From an uncultured Oscillospiraceae bacterium (lineage in GTDB: Bacteria > Bacillota > Clostridia > Oscillospirales > Oscillospiraceae): a stretch of 64,000 nt of DNA. The translations under genes were made by a program, and so were the position numbers. Position 1 is the first letter of the stretch. Every line of letters begins with the position of its first letter. This document shows positions 45,268 to 54,800 of this stretch, in pieces. A model generated the notes under the pieces. It saw only the letters and a list, made by a program, of their open reading frames with translations. It had not been told where the DNA came from and did no database searches. The stretch lies in contig CAYWUA010000003.1 of the NCBI GenBank assembly GCA_964461385.1, positions 9,454 to 73,453 on the forward strand, read 5' to 3'.

Positions 45268-46578
45268 ATGAAGAAGTTACTGGCCCTCTTGCTTGCGCTG
45301 GCCATGATGCTGGCGCTGGCTGCCTGCGGCGGCAACACTTCCGGCGACTCCACCGAGGATACCGGAGATAACGCTGCGGCGGAGACCGAAGACACCGCCT
45401 CTGACGGCACGGAGACGGAGGAGACCGGCGATACTGCCGAGGCCACCGGCACGGCGATTGACCCCTCCGAGATCCAGATCGGTGTCATCTACATCGGCGA
45501 CGAGCAGGAAGCGTACACCGCCAACCACTACAACGGCCTGGTGGCCGCCTGCGAGGCGCTGGGCATTGACCCGGACACCCAGGTGACCAACCGCTGGAAC
45601 GTCGGCGAGGACGAGACGGCGGCGGACGCCCTGTATGAGCTGGCCGACAGCGGCTGTGACATCATCTTTGCCACCAGCTTTGGCCACGAGTCCTATGTGC
45701 TCCAGGTTGCGGCGGAGTATCCCGATATCCAGTTCTTCCACGCCACCGGCTATCAGGCCGCAAGCTCTGAGCTGACCAACGTCCACAACTATTTTGCCGA
45801 CATCTATCAGGCGCGTTTCCTGGGCGGCGTGGTCGCCGGCATGAAGCTGCAGGAAATGATTGACAACGGCACCATCACCGAGGACCAGGCGAAGGTCGGC
45901 TATGTCGGCGCGTATCCCTTTGCCGAGGTGATCTCCGGCTTCACCTCCTTCTACCTGGGCGTCCGCTCGGTCTGCCCGTCCGCTGAGATGCAGGTGACCT
46001 ACGTCAACAGCTGGTCTGACGCCGCGCTGGAGAGCGAGGCCGCCCAGCAGCTGATCGCCGACGGCTGCGTCATCATCAGCCAACACTCGGACACCACTGG
46101 CCCGGCCACCGTCTGCCAGGCGGCGCAGGAGTCCGGCAACGAGGTCTACTTTGTCGGCTATAACATCGACATGACCACCGTCGCCCCCGACGCCTGCCTG
46201 ACCTCCGCCAAGATCAACTGGAACGTGCCGATGCAGCACGCGATCGAGGCGGTTCTCAACGGCGAGTCCGCTGCGGTGGATGCCTCCTACGGTCTGGAGG
46301 AAGAGGCCGTGGAGATCACTCCGCTCAACACCTCCATCATCGCCGAGGGCACCCAGGACGCGGTGGACGCCGATACGGCGGCGATTATCGCCGGCTCTCT
46401 GCAGGTGTTTGACACCTCCACCTTCACCGTTGGCGGCGAGACCATCACCTCTACCGTCGACCTCGATGGCTATAACGGCAACGAGTATATCATCGACGGC
46501 GCGTTTGCCGAGTCCACCCTTGCCTCCGCGCCCGCATTCGCGTTCATTATCGACGGGGTGACCGCACCGGAGGCCTGA
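45268..46578 (+). CDS. BMP-family (PnrA/Med-like) ABC substrate-binding lipoprotein, operon 1
   Basis: ATG 45268 follows AAGGAGGAAGG. Lipoprotein signal MKKLLALLLALAMMLALAAC, then an acidic T/E/D linker, then a BMP domain (IGVIYIGDEQEAYTANHYNG...IIFATSFGH). Confidence 0.85.
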   Translation: MKKLLALLLALAMMLALAACGGNTSGDSTEDTGDNAAAETEDTASDGTETEETGDTAEATGTAIDPSEIQIGVIYIGDEQEAYTANHYNGLVAACEALGIDPDTQVTNRWNVGEDETAADALYELADSGCDIIFATSFGHESYVLQVAAEYPDIQFFHATGYQAASSELTNVHNYFADIYQARFLGGVVAGMKLQEMIDNGTITEDQAKVGYVGAYPFAEVISGFTSFYLGVRSVCPSAEMQVTYVNSWSDAALESEAAQQLIADGCVIISQHSDTTGPATVCQAAQESGNEVYFVGYNIDMTTVAPDACLTSAKINWNVPMQHAIEAVLNGESAAVDASYGLEEEAVEITPLNTSIIAEGTQDAVDADTAAIIAGSLQVFDTSTFTVGGETITSTVDLDGYNGNEYIIDGAFAESTLASAPAFAFIIDGVTAPEA

Positions 46579-46617
46579 GCGGCCTGACAGCGGCACGACA
46601 ATTTCATGCATTCCAAG

Positions 46618-46648
46618 ACAGGCGGAGCCTTGCTCAGGCTTCGCCTGT
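46618..46648 (+). other. Intercistronic stem-loop after the substrate-binding gene
   Basis: acaggcggagcc-ttgctca-ggcttcgcctgt, a 12-bp stem with one G-U pair. It lies in a 225-nt gap between the SBP and ATPase genes. Confidence 0.45.
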
Positions 46649-46803
46649 TCTGGATTCTCCGCCCGGCGGAAGAATAACAGAGGCCCTGCCCTTCTCCGCT
46701 CCTCTCTTCTGCCACCGGGCACAGAGGGACGGCCCATCCCGGGCGGCGGAGTCCCCCCTCTCCCGCCGGACAGGCGGCAAATTGAATTTGAGAAGGTGAA
46801 GCA

Positions 46804-48345
46804 ATGGCACAGGCAGCACAGCCGGCAATCGAACTGAAAAATTTGACAAAACAGTTCGGAAAGGTGGTAGCCAACGACCACATCTCCCTGACGGTTAACC
46901 ACGGAGAGGTCCTCGCCCTGCTCGGGGAGAACGGCTCGGGCAAGACCACGCTGATGAACATGCTCTCCGGCATCTACTTTCCCGACGAGGGACATATCTT
47001 CGTCGGCGGGAACGAGGTGACCATCCGCTCGCCCAAGGACGCATTTGCTCTCGGCATCGGCATGATTCACCAGCACTTCAAGCTGGTGGACGTGCTCACG
47101 GCGGTGGAGAACATCATCCTCGGTCTGGATGAGGGCGCGGTGCCCAACCTGAAGGAGGCTGCGCGCAAGATTCAGGCGCTCGCCGACCGCTACGGGTTTG
47201 AGGTTGATCCGTTTCAGAAGATCTACCGCATGTCCGTCTCGCAGAAGCAGACGGTCGAAATTTTGAAGGTGCTCTACCGCGGGGCGGATATTCTGATCCT
47301 AGATGAGCCGACCGCCGTCCTCACGCCCCAGGAGACGGACAAGCTTTTCCAGGTGCTGCGCAATATGCGCGCCGACGGCAAGGCGATCATCATCATCACC
47401 CACAAGCTCAATGAGGTGCTGGAGATCTCCGACCGGGTCGCCATCCTGCGCAAGGGCGAACACGTCGCCACGGTGGAGACCACCCAGGCCACGGAAGCCA
47501 GCCTGACGGAAATGATGGTAGGCAAAAAAGTCAGCCTGAACATCGACCGGCCGCACCCTGTGGACCCGACGCCGCGCCTGGTGGTGGAGGGCCTGAACTG
47601 CGTGGATGCCCGGGGAGTGCAGACGCTGGAGGACGTGAGCTTTACCGCTATGGCAGGGGAGATTTTAGGGGTGGCCGGCGTAGCCGGCTCGGGGCAGCGG
47701 GAGCTGCTTGAGTCTATCGCGGGCCTCTATCCCATCGTCTCCGGGCGCATTACCTATCTCGCCCCCGGCGGCGGCGAGTGTGCGCTGGCTGGGATGCATC
47801 CACGCGATATCCGCGCGCTGGGCATCTCCCTCTCTTTCGTGCCGGAGGACCGGCTTGGCATGGGCCTGGTCGGCAGCATGGGGATGACGGGCAATATGAT
47901 GCTGAAGAATTACCGCGCCGGCCGTCTGCCGCTGCTCGACCGCAAGCCGCCGCGCGAGCTGGCCGAGCGGGTGAAGGAGCAGCTGGAGGTGGTCACCCCC
48001 GGCATCAACTACCCCGTGCGCCGTCTGTCCGGCGGAAACGTGCAAAAGGTGCTCGTCGGGCGCGAGATCGCCGCCGAGCCCACCCTGTTCATGGCCGCCT
48101 ACGCCGTGCGCGGGCTGGATATCAACACTTCCATGACCATCTACCACCTGCTCAATGAGCAGAAGCAGCGCGGCGCGGCGGTCATCTACGTCGGCGAGGA
48201 CCTGGACGTGCTGCTCGAGCTGTGTGACCGGATTTTAGTCCTCTGCGCGGGACAGGTCAGCGGTATCGTGGACGCCCGCCATGCCACCAAGGAGGAGGTC
48301 GGTCTGCTGATGACCAAGACAAGAAAGGTCGGTGAGAGGAAATGA
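46804..48345 (+). CDS. ABC transporter ATP-binding protein (tandem ATPase domains), operon 1
   Basis: Two Walker A/signature sets: GENGSGKTTL...LDEPTAVL and GVAGSGQREL...LSGGNVQK. Confidence 0.9.
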   Translation: MAQAAQPAIELKNLTKQFGKVVANDHISLTVNHGEVLALLGENGSGKTTLMNMLSGIYFPDEGHIFVGGNEVTIRSPKDAFALGIGMIHQHFKLVDVLTAVENIILGLDEGAVPNLKEAARKIQALADRYGFEVDPFQKIYRMSVSQKQTVEILKVLYRGADILILDEPTAVLTPQETDKLFQVLRNMRADGKAIIIITHKLNEVLEISDRVAILRKGEHVATVETTQATEASLTEMMVGKKVSLNIDRPHPVDPTPRLVVEGLNCVDARGVQTLEDVSFTAMAGEILGVAGVAGSGQRELLESIAGLYPIVSGRITYLAPGGGECALAGMHPRDIRALGISLSFVPEDRLGMGLVGSMGMTGNMMLKNYRAGRLPLLDRKPPRELAERVKEQLEVVTPGINYPVRRLSGGNVQKVLVGREIAAEPTLFMAAYAVRGLDINTSMTIYHLLNEQKQRGAAVIYVGEDLDVLLELCDRILVLCAGQVSGIVDARHATKEEVGLLMTKTRKVGERK

Positions 48346-49433
48346 AGCATCAAAAGGAACCGCTGTTTCAGATGTCCCGCCGGGAGGAACTGCCGTTTCT
48401 CCAGGCCGTGCTCATCCGCGCGGTGGCCATCGTGCTCTCCCTGCTGGTGTGTGCGCTGGTCATCTTCCTGCTCACCGGGCTCAACCCGGCGGAGGTGTAC
48501 GCCACCATGATCGACGGCGCGGTGGGTACCAACCGGCGCAGTTGGATTCTCATACGCGACGCGATGGTACTGCTGTGCGTCAGCCTGGCCCTGGCTCCCG
48601 CCTTTCGGATGCGCTTTTGGAACATCGGCGCAGAGGGGCAGATTCTTGTCGGCGGCGTGGCCACCGCCGCGTGCATGATTCTTCTGGGCGACGTGCTGCC
48701 CGCGCCGGTGCTGATGCTGGTGATCGTCGTCACCTCCGTCCTCGCCGGGGCGATCTGGGGGCTGATTCCCGCCTTGTTTAAGGCGCGCTGGAACACGAAC
48801 GAGACCCTCTTCACCCTGATGCTCAACTATGTCGCGATCCAGATCGTCAGCTACTGTGTCGTCTTCTGGGAAAACCCCGCCGGCTCCAATTCGGTGGGCG
48901 TCATCAACCCCTCCACCAACGCCGGGTGGCTCCCCTCCCTCTTCGGCGCGCAGTATGGCTGGAGCGTAGTCATCGTCCTCGTTTTGACCGCCGTCATGTA
49001 CCTTTACATGAATCACTCCAAGCAGGGCTATGAGATCGCCGTCGTAGGCGAGAGCGAGAACACGGCGCGCTACGCCGGCATCTCGGTCTCCCGTGTCATC
49101 ATCCGCACGATGGCCATCTCGGGCGGTATCGCCGGATTGGCGGGCTTTATCCTGGTCTCCGGCTCGGGACACACCATCTCCACCAGCATCGCCGACGGCC
49201 GCGGCTACACCGCGATTGTGGTCGCGTGGCTGGCGCGGTTTAACCCGGTGTACATGATTTTGATCTCCTTCTTCCTCACCTTCATGGAGCGGGGCGCAAT
49301 TCAGATCGCCACCGCCTATAACCTGAGCGAGTACGCCTCGGATATGATCACCGGCATCATCCTGTTTTTCATCCTGGGCAGTGAGTTCTTCATCAACTAC
49401 CAGCTGCGGCTGCGCAAAAGGGAGGCGGCGTGA
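48342..49433 (+). CDS. ABC transporter permease, operon 1
   Basis: 363-aa polytopic ORF. ATGA overlap with the ATPase stop. Confidence 0.85.
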   Translation: MKHQKEPLFQMSRREELPFLQAVLIRAVAIVLSLLVCALVIFLLTGLNPAEVYATMIDGAVGTNRRSWILIRDAMVLLCVSLALAPAFRMRFWNIGAEGQILVGGVATAACMILLGDVLPAPVLMLVIVVTSVLAGAIWGLIPALFKARWNTNETLFTLMLNYVAIQIVSYCVVFWENPAGSNSVGVINPSTNAGWLPSLFGAQYGWSVVIVLVLTAVMYLYMNHSKQGYEIAVVGESENTARYAGISVSRVIIRTMAISGGIAGLAGFILVSGSGHTISTSIADGRGYTAIVVAWLARFNPVYMILISFFLTFMERGAIQIATAYNLSEYASDMITGIILFFILGSEFFINYQLRLRKREAA

Positions 49434-49434
49434 G

Positions 49435-50418
49435 ATGACCATTATTCTGACCTTTCTCCAGCAGGCCATCCGGCAGGGGATCATCATCCTCTTCGGGGCT
49501 ACCGGGGAGATCATCACGGAGAAGTCTGGCAACCTAAACCTCGGCGTGCCTGGCATCATGTATATGGGCGGCATCGCCGGGCTGATGGGCGGCTTTTTCT
49601 ATGAAAACAGCGTGGCCGAGCCGAACGGCTGGGTGAGCGTGCTCATCTCGTTTCTGTGCGCGTTCCTGTGTGCGTCGCTGGCCGGGCTGCTCTTTTGCTT
49701 CCTGACCACCACGCTGCGCGCGAACCAGAACGTGACCGGCCTGGCGCTGACCACCTTCGGTGTCGGTTTTGGCAATTTCTTCGGCGGCTCACTGGCGAAT
49801 CTGGTGGGCGGTGTCGGCCAGATCTCGGTCTCCTACGCCGCCAGGGCCTATCAGAGCTCCATCCCCTTTCTCTCCAGCCACCTCGGGCCGGTGGGACAGC
49901 TGCTGTTTTCCTACGGCTTTATGACCTATCTGGGCATTATTCTCGCCGTCTTCCTGACCTGGTTCCTCGCCCGGACGCGGGTGGGCCTGAACCTGCGCTC
50001 GGTGGGCGAGAACCCCGGTGCGGCGGACGCGGCCGGCATCAACGTCACGCTCTACAAGTACCTCGCCACCACGCTGGGCGCCGGCATTGCGGGCCTTGGC
50101 GGGCTCTACTTCGTGATGGACTACTCCTCCGGCACCTGGACGAACAACGGCCTGGGCGACCGCGGCTGGCTGGCGGTGGCGCTGGTCATCTTCGCCCTGT
50201 GGAAGCCGGTACACGCCATTTGGGGCAGCTTTGTTTTCGGCGGTCTGTATCTGCTCTACCTGTACATCCCCGGCCTGGGGCGCGAGATGCAGGAGATCTT
50301 CAAGATGTTCCCCTACATCGTCACCATCGTCGTGCTCATCTTCACCTCGCTGCGCAAGCGCCGGGAGGACCAGCCCCCCGCCGCACTCGGCCTGCCCTAC
50401 TTCCGAGAGGAACGGTAG
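49435..50418 (+). CDS. ABC transporter permease, operon 1
   Basis: The internal ATG 49435 lies 1 nt after the upstream stop: MTIILTFLQQAIRQGIIILFGATGEIITEKSGNLNLGVPG. Confidence 0.85.
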   Translation: MTIILTFLQQAIRQGIIILFGATGEIITEKSGNLNLGVPGIMYMGGIAGLMGGFFYENSVAEPNGWVSVLISFLCAFLCASLAGLLFCFLTTTLRANQNVTGLALTTFGVGFGNFFGGSLANLVGGVGQISVSYAARAYQSSIPFLSSHLGPVGQLLFSYGFMTYLGIILAVFLTWFLARTRVGLNLRSVGENPGAADAAGINVTLYKYLATTLGAGIAGLGGLYFVMDYSSGTWTNNGLGDRGWLAVALVIFALWKPVHAIWGSFVFGGLYLLYLYIPGLGREMQEIFKMFPYIVTIVVLIFTSLRKRREDQPPAALGLPYFREER

Positions 50419-50452
50419 GCAAACACTGTATTATATTGTATTATATTGCAAG

Positions 50453-50492
50453 ACGAAGGGCAGACTGCCGCCATCGGCCGTCTGCCCTTCGT
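50453..50492. terminator. Hairpin between convergent operons
   Basis: acgaagggcagac-14 nt-gtctgcccttcgt, a 13-bp perfect stem. No clear U-tract on either side. Confidence 0.4.
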
Positions 50493-50531
50493 GCTGCCTA
50501 TTGAGATATTGACCGGTATGTCCTCCTCTCG

Positions 50532-51164
50532 TCAGCCATCCTGCCGCCCGCTTTTCAGCCCCTCCAGCGCGCGGTCACACAGGAGGATCCGCGCCAGGGT
50601 ACGTGCGTCAATTAGTTCTGCCTGCGTGTCAAACAGCCGCCGTCGCGCGCACAGGAAAGCCGCGCCCCAGTAGTAGTCCGCCAGGGTTTCCGGATGCCCC
50701 GGCACGACGCTGCCCTCCTGCTGGCCGCGCGCGACCAGCCGGGCAGTGTCCCGGCAGAGTGCTTCCCACTCCGCCCGACAGCCCTCCGCCGCGCGGCTGG
50801 CACCATGTACCATCTGCGCCACCAGCACTACACGCGCCGCGCAGTCTTCCTGCCCGCACAAGCGGGTCAGGACATAGGCCGACAGGCGGAGCAGTTGGTT
50901 GGACACCGGACCGGAAGGCGCGGTCAGCACGCGCAGCGCGGAGAGCGTCTCCTCCTGCACCGACTGACAGATCTCCCGCAGCAGCGCCTCCTTGGATGGG
51001 AAATAGAGATAGATCGTCCCCGGGGCGATGCCGATACTGCGGGCCAGGTCCCCCATCCGGGTGCCGGAAAAGCCGTGACGCGCGAAATAGGAGATGGATG
51101 CGCTCAGGATTTTCCCACGCATCTTCTCCCGCCGCTCGCGGCAGTTTTGGGCAGAGCGTCCCAT
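50532..51164 (-). CDS. TetR/AcrR-family transcriptional regulator
   Basis: The internal ATG 51164 (GAAGGAGG RBS) gives MGRSAQNCRERREKMRGKILSASISYFARHGFSGTRMGDLARSIGIAPGTIYLYFPSKEALL. It starts 23 nt downstream of the ABC gene stop. Confidence 0.85.
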   Translation of the reverse strand: MGRSAQNCRERREKMRGKILSASISYFARHGFSGTRMGDLARSIGIAPGTIYLYFPSKEALLREICQSVQEETLSALRVLTAPSGPVSNQLLRLSAYVLTRLCGQEDCAARVVLVAQMVHGASRAAEGCRAEWEALCRDTARLVARGQQEGSVVPGHPETLADYYWGAAFLCARRRLFDTQAELIDARTLARILLCDRALEGLKSGRQDG

Positions 51165-51187
51165 CGTCTTCGCCTCCTTCTCCGCGG

Positions 51188-54100
51188 TCACTCGGTCCGC
51201 AGCGCGGCGACCGGGTCGCTCTTGGCCGCCTTGCGCGACGGAATCAGGCCGCCGATCAGCGTGAGCACCACGCTCAGGGCAATCAGGATGAGCGCCGGCT
51301 CCAGCGGCAGGACAGCGTTGACGTCCGTCGTGCCGGCCAGATGGTGAATCAGCGCGTTGCCCGGGATAAGCAGCAGCAGCGTCAGTCCGATGCCGATCAG
51401 TCCGGAGCACAGGCCGATGATAAAGGTCTCTGCGTTGAACACCTGGGATATATTCCCTTTGGAGGCGCCGATCGCGCGCAGGATGCCGATCTCCTTTTTG
51501 CGCTCAAGTACACTGATATAGGTGATGACGCCGATCATGATGGAGGACACCACCAAGGAGATGGCCACAAAGGCGATGAGGACATAGCTGATCGTGTCGA
51601 TGATCTCGGTCACGGAGCTCATCAGGGAGCCGACCATGTCTGTATAGCTGATGACCTGCTCCTCTTTGCCTTCTGCCTCCATTCGTTCATTATAGGCATC
51701 GAGGATATCGACGACGTACTCCTTGCTCTCGAAGTCGATGGGGTAGATGTCGATCTCCGTGGGGGAATCAAAGTCCACGCAGCCCAGCGTGGAGAGGTTG
51801 CCGTCGTAGGTCGCCGAAGCGGCGGAGTTCAGGCTCATCATCAGCTCGATCAGATCTTCCCCGTCCATATTTATCTCGATGGCTCCGGCAAAGGCGTCCG
51901 CATCGATCTGGAACGCATCCTCCAGGCTCTCTCCGAGGGACTGGAAGGCGTCCTTCATGGCGCTTTCCATCCCGCTGGCAAGCTGGTCCATCACCTGGCC
52001 CATCGCGGAGGTGATCTGCTCCTCGAGTGCGCCAGAGATCGCCTCTCCGTAGGCGCCGAACACCTCGCGGAAATAGCCCTCCAGCATGCCGGAAATCTGA
52101 CTCTGGATGTCCTCCAGGTCCACCATACCGGCCAGACCAGTCATGATCTGCTCCTGCACCTCCGACTGGGAGAGGTAGTTGGCAAAGTGCTCCCCCATCC
52201 GGCTGGGATCGGGCAGGCCGTTTTCCACGGCGTAGGCCTGATAACCCGCGGCGAGGTCCTCCGCCAGCGCGCCGAGCTGCTCCGGTGCGATCTCCACCGC
52301 GTCGAGCTGCAGGTGTTCGTCCGCCCAGGCGGTCAGAATCCGCTGCGCGCCGTCAGTCTGGAGGTACTCCAGCAGATAGGTGTCAAACTGCTCCGGGTCG
52401 GTGTAGCCCTGCTCGGCGGCATAGGCCTGATAGCCCGCCATCACCTGCACGACCAGGTCCTGCAAATCCTGCGTTGTGACGGTGGGGCCTCCGTTTGCCT
52501 CGATAATGGACTGGATATGCCCGGCGAGCACTTCGCCCGCCTGGTCTGTCCGCAGGTAAGCGAGAAAATCATTGGCCAGGTTGGAGTAATCCGCCTCGGG
52601 ATGCTCCGCCGCGTACGCCTGATAGCCCTCGACCAGCTGCGTCGCCAGCGCGCCGAGCTGCTCGTAGGAGACAGTCACCTCTACCCCGTCCATCAGCTCG
52701 GCCAGGTCAAAGGCCGGCATGTCCGGCAGCTCGACCGTGATGTCACCCAGGTCCAGCGCGCCGCCGAGGTCGATGGAGTTCCCCGCGTCGGAAAAGGTGT
52801 CAGAGAGGTCGAAGGAGCCCGCAATGCTCTCGTTCAGCGCGTCCTCGTCAAACTGGAAAGCGGACTCCATCGCGTCGGAGTCGACCGTGAAGAGGGATTC
52901 CATGTCAAAGTCACTCTGGTCGCTCTCCTCGCCGAACGGCTCGCCGGTAAAGACGTTGATATCCGGGTTGGCAAGCTGGTCCTGCACAATTTCGCTCTGC
53001 TCGGCCACCTCAGCCACATGGCGGGAGAGGTCGGCGGTATAGCCGATGCCGCTGGAGAGGACAAAGCCGTTGCCGTCCTCCGACGGCTGGACCACGCCGA
53101 CTACCGTCAGATCTTCGCCCGCAGCGACCAGGTCGCGCATATACTCCTCGTCGTCCGTCTTGTCCCGCCAGATGCCGTAGTCGCTGTCGTACTCGTAATA
53201 GTCCGCGCTGCTGACCAGCTTGAAGGTGATGCCGAGCAGATCGTCATAGGTATAGGTACCCATATCCTCCGGCGTCTGGATCGGCTCCTCGTCGATGAAC
53301 TGCTGAATCATCTCATCCAGCTCCATCGCATCGCGCAGGCCGAGGGTATAGAGCATAAAATCGCTCAGTCCGCCGCCGGAGGTGAGCACGACGACGCACT
53401 CGTTATACGCCTCCGGCCAGCGGCCGGCCATCACGTCATACTGCGACTCATAGAGGCTGGCCGTCTCCGGCATTTGATAGAACATGTCCGTACTTATCAC
53501 GGAAGACACGAGGCTGCTTGAACTCGAGCCGGAACCAATCCCGAGCGCAGAGAAGGAGGAGTCCGGATTGACCTGCCGCACATCCTCTCCGTTTTGCAGA
53601 TAGATCTGCGGCGTGGCGGAGTAGGTGTATTCAATCGCGTTGATATACGGCTCCATGCCGCTCTGGCCGCTGTCCAGATAGGTCTTGAGAGAGGCAAGGT
53701 CATTGGAGTCCAGACGGGAGAACATACTGGTCATCATATCCAATACCTCGATCTCGCCATCCGCTGCCTCCCCGCTGCCTCCGGAAACTGCTGTGCTCAT
53801 CAGAGACGTAAAGTCAAAGCCGGTGCTCTGGATCTGCAGCGGATACTCCGAGAGCGTCTCCTCCTCAATGGAGCGGATGTAGGCGTTCACGCCGGTGGAC
53901 AGCGCCAGAATCGCCGCGATGCCGATGATGCCGATGGACCCGGCAAACGAGGTCAGCAGGGTGCGCGCCTTTTTTGTGCGCAGATTGTTGAAGCTCAGCG
54001 CCAGGGCGGTCAGGAAGGACATGGAGCTCTTGCCCATGTTCTTGTGCTTCGGCGGCTCGAGGGCGTGCTCATTCACCTCGTAGGGGGCGGAGTCGGAGCG

Positions 54101-54754
54101 AATCTTGCCGTCGCGCAGGTTGACAATGCGCGTTGCATACGCCTCTGCCAACTCGGGGTTGTGGGTGACCATGACCACCAGGCGGTCGCGCGCCACCTCG
54201 CGCAGCAGGTCCATCACCTGCACGCTGGTGTCGCTGTCGAGCGCGCCGGTCGGCTCGTCGGCCAGAAGAATATCAGGGTCGTTCACCAGCGCGCGGGCGA
54301 TGGCGACGCGCTGCATCTGGCCGCCTGACATCTGATTGGGTTTCTTGTGCAGCTGGTCCCCCAGCCCCACCTGTTCCAGGGCGCGCTTGGCGCGCGCGCG
54401 CCGCTCGGACTTCCCGATGCCGGAGATGGTGAGCGCCAGCTCGACATTGGACAGGACCGTCTGGTGCGGGATCAGATTGTAGCTCTGAAAGACAAAGCCG
54501 ATCGTGTGGTTGCGGTAGGAGTCCCAATCGCGGTCCTTATACTTCTTGGTGGAGATGCCATTGATGATGAGGTCGCCGCTGTCATAGCGGTCCAGACCGC
54601 CGATGATGTTCAACAGCGTCGTCTTGCCGGAGCCGCTCGGGCCGAGGATGGCGACAAACTCGTTGTCGCGCAGGTTCAGGCTCACGTCGTCGAGCGCCTT
54701 CTGCACCAGCTTGCCCGTCCGGTACTCCTTGCGGATGTGTTTGATCTGCAGCAT
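51188..54754 (-). CDS. Fused MacB-type ABC protein: N-terminal ATPase plus FtsX-type permease with a very large extracytoplasmic domain (~1188 aa)
   Basis: Start at ATG 54754 (GGAAGGAGGGGG RBS). The ATPase is MacB/LolD-like: GPSGSGKTTLLNIIGG, MSGGQMQRVAIARAL, LADEPTGALD. TM1 reads LLTSFAGSIGIIGIAAILAL. An acidic soluble region of roughly 750 aa follows. The C-terminal FtsX module reads ERKKEIGILRAIGASKGNI...PSRKAAKSDPVAALRTE. Confidence 0.85.
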   Translation of the reverse strand: MLQIKHIRKEYRTGKLVQKALDDVSLNLRDNEFVAILGPSGSGKTTLLNIIGGLDRYDSGDLIINGISTKKYKDRDWDSYRNHTIGFVFQSYNLIPHQTVLSNVELALTISGIGKSERRARAKRALEQVGLGDQLHKKPNQMSGGQMQRVAIARALVNDPDILLADEPTGALDSDTSVQVMDLLREVARDRLVVMVTHNPELAEAYATRIVNLRDGKIRSDSAPYEVNEHALEPPKHKNMGKSSMSFLTALALSFNNLRTKKARTLLTSFAGSIGIIGIAAILALSTGVNAYIRSIEEETLSEYPLQIQSTGFDFTSLMSTAVSGGSGEAADGEIEVLDMMTSMFSRLDSNDLASLKTYLDSGQSGMEPYINAIEYTYSATPQIYLQNGEDVRQVNPDSSFSALGIGSGSSSSSLVSSVISTDMFYQMPETASLYESQYDVMAGRWPEAYNECVVVLTSGGGLSDFMLYTLGLRDAMELDEMIQQFIDEEPIQTPEDMGTYTYDDLLGITFKLVSSADYYEYDSDYGIWRDKTDDEEYMRDLVAAGEDLTVVGVVQPSEDGNGFVLSSGIGYTADLSRHVAEVAEQSEIVQDQLANPDINVFTGEPFGEESDQSDFDMESLFTVDSDAMESAFQFDEDALNESIAGSFDLSDTFSDAGNSIDLGGALDLGDITVELPDMPAFDLAELMDGVEVTVSYEQLGALATQLVEGYQAYAAEHPEADYSNLANDFLAYLRTDQAGEVLAGHIQSIIEANGGPTVTTQDLQDLVVQVMAGYQAYAAEQGYTDPEQFDTYLLEYLQTDGAQRILTAWADEHLQLDAVEIAPEQLGALAEDLAAGYQAYAVENGLPDPSRMGEHFANYLSQSEVQEQIMTGLAGMVDLEDIQSQISGMLEGYFREVFGAYGEAISGALEEQITSAMGQVMDQLASGMESAMKDAFQSLGESLEDAFQIDADAFAGAIEINMDGEDLIELMMSLNSAASATYDGNLSTLGCVDFDSPTEIDIYPIDFESKEYVVDILDAYNERMEAEGKEEQVISYTDMVGSLMSSVTEIIDTISYVLIAFVAISLVVSSIMIGVITYISVLERKKEIGILRAIGASKGNISQVFNAETFIIGLCSGLIGIGLTLLLLIPGNALIHHLAGTTDVNAVLPLEPALILIALSVVLTLIGGLIPSRKAAKSDPVAALRTE
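52120..52670 (-). repeat. Three tandem 63-64-aa coding repeats inside the ABC extracytoplasmic domain
   Basis: Protein repeats are anchored on GYQAYA: LVEGYQAYAAEHPEADYSNLANDFLAYLRTDQAGEVL, MAGYQAYAAEQGYTDPEQFDTYLLEYLQTDGAQRIL and AAGYQAYAVENGLPDPSRMGEHFANYLSQSEVQEQIM. The Gly codons sit at about 52625, 52433 and 52244, giving periods of 192 and 189 nt. Confidence 0.65.
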
Positions 54755-54800
54755 GGATGCGCCCCCTCCTTCCGGGGCAGGGTGGGTTCCTCTCATTCAC

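Noticed and set aside
45277-47076. 599-aa minus-strand ORF spanning the BMP lipoprotein gene and its downstream spacer
   Set aside because: It is antisense to a well-supported lipoprotein gene and to the start of the ATPase gene. Its composition is a GC-bias artefact.
50427-50446. Tandem duplication tgtattatat x2 after operon 1
   Set aside because: It has only two copies in an AT-rich spacer next to a hairpin. There is no ORF, promoter partner or further repeats, so it is probably slippage without function.
50603-53521. 972-aa plus-strand ORF opposite the TetR and ABC genes
   Set aside because: A shadow ORF. The sense strand encodes clear TetR and MacB-type proteins with RBSs.
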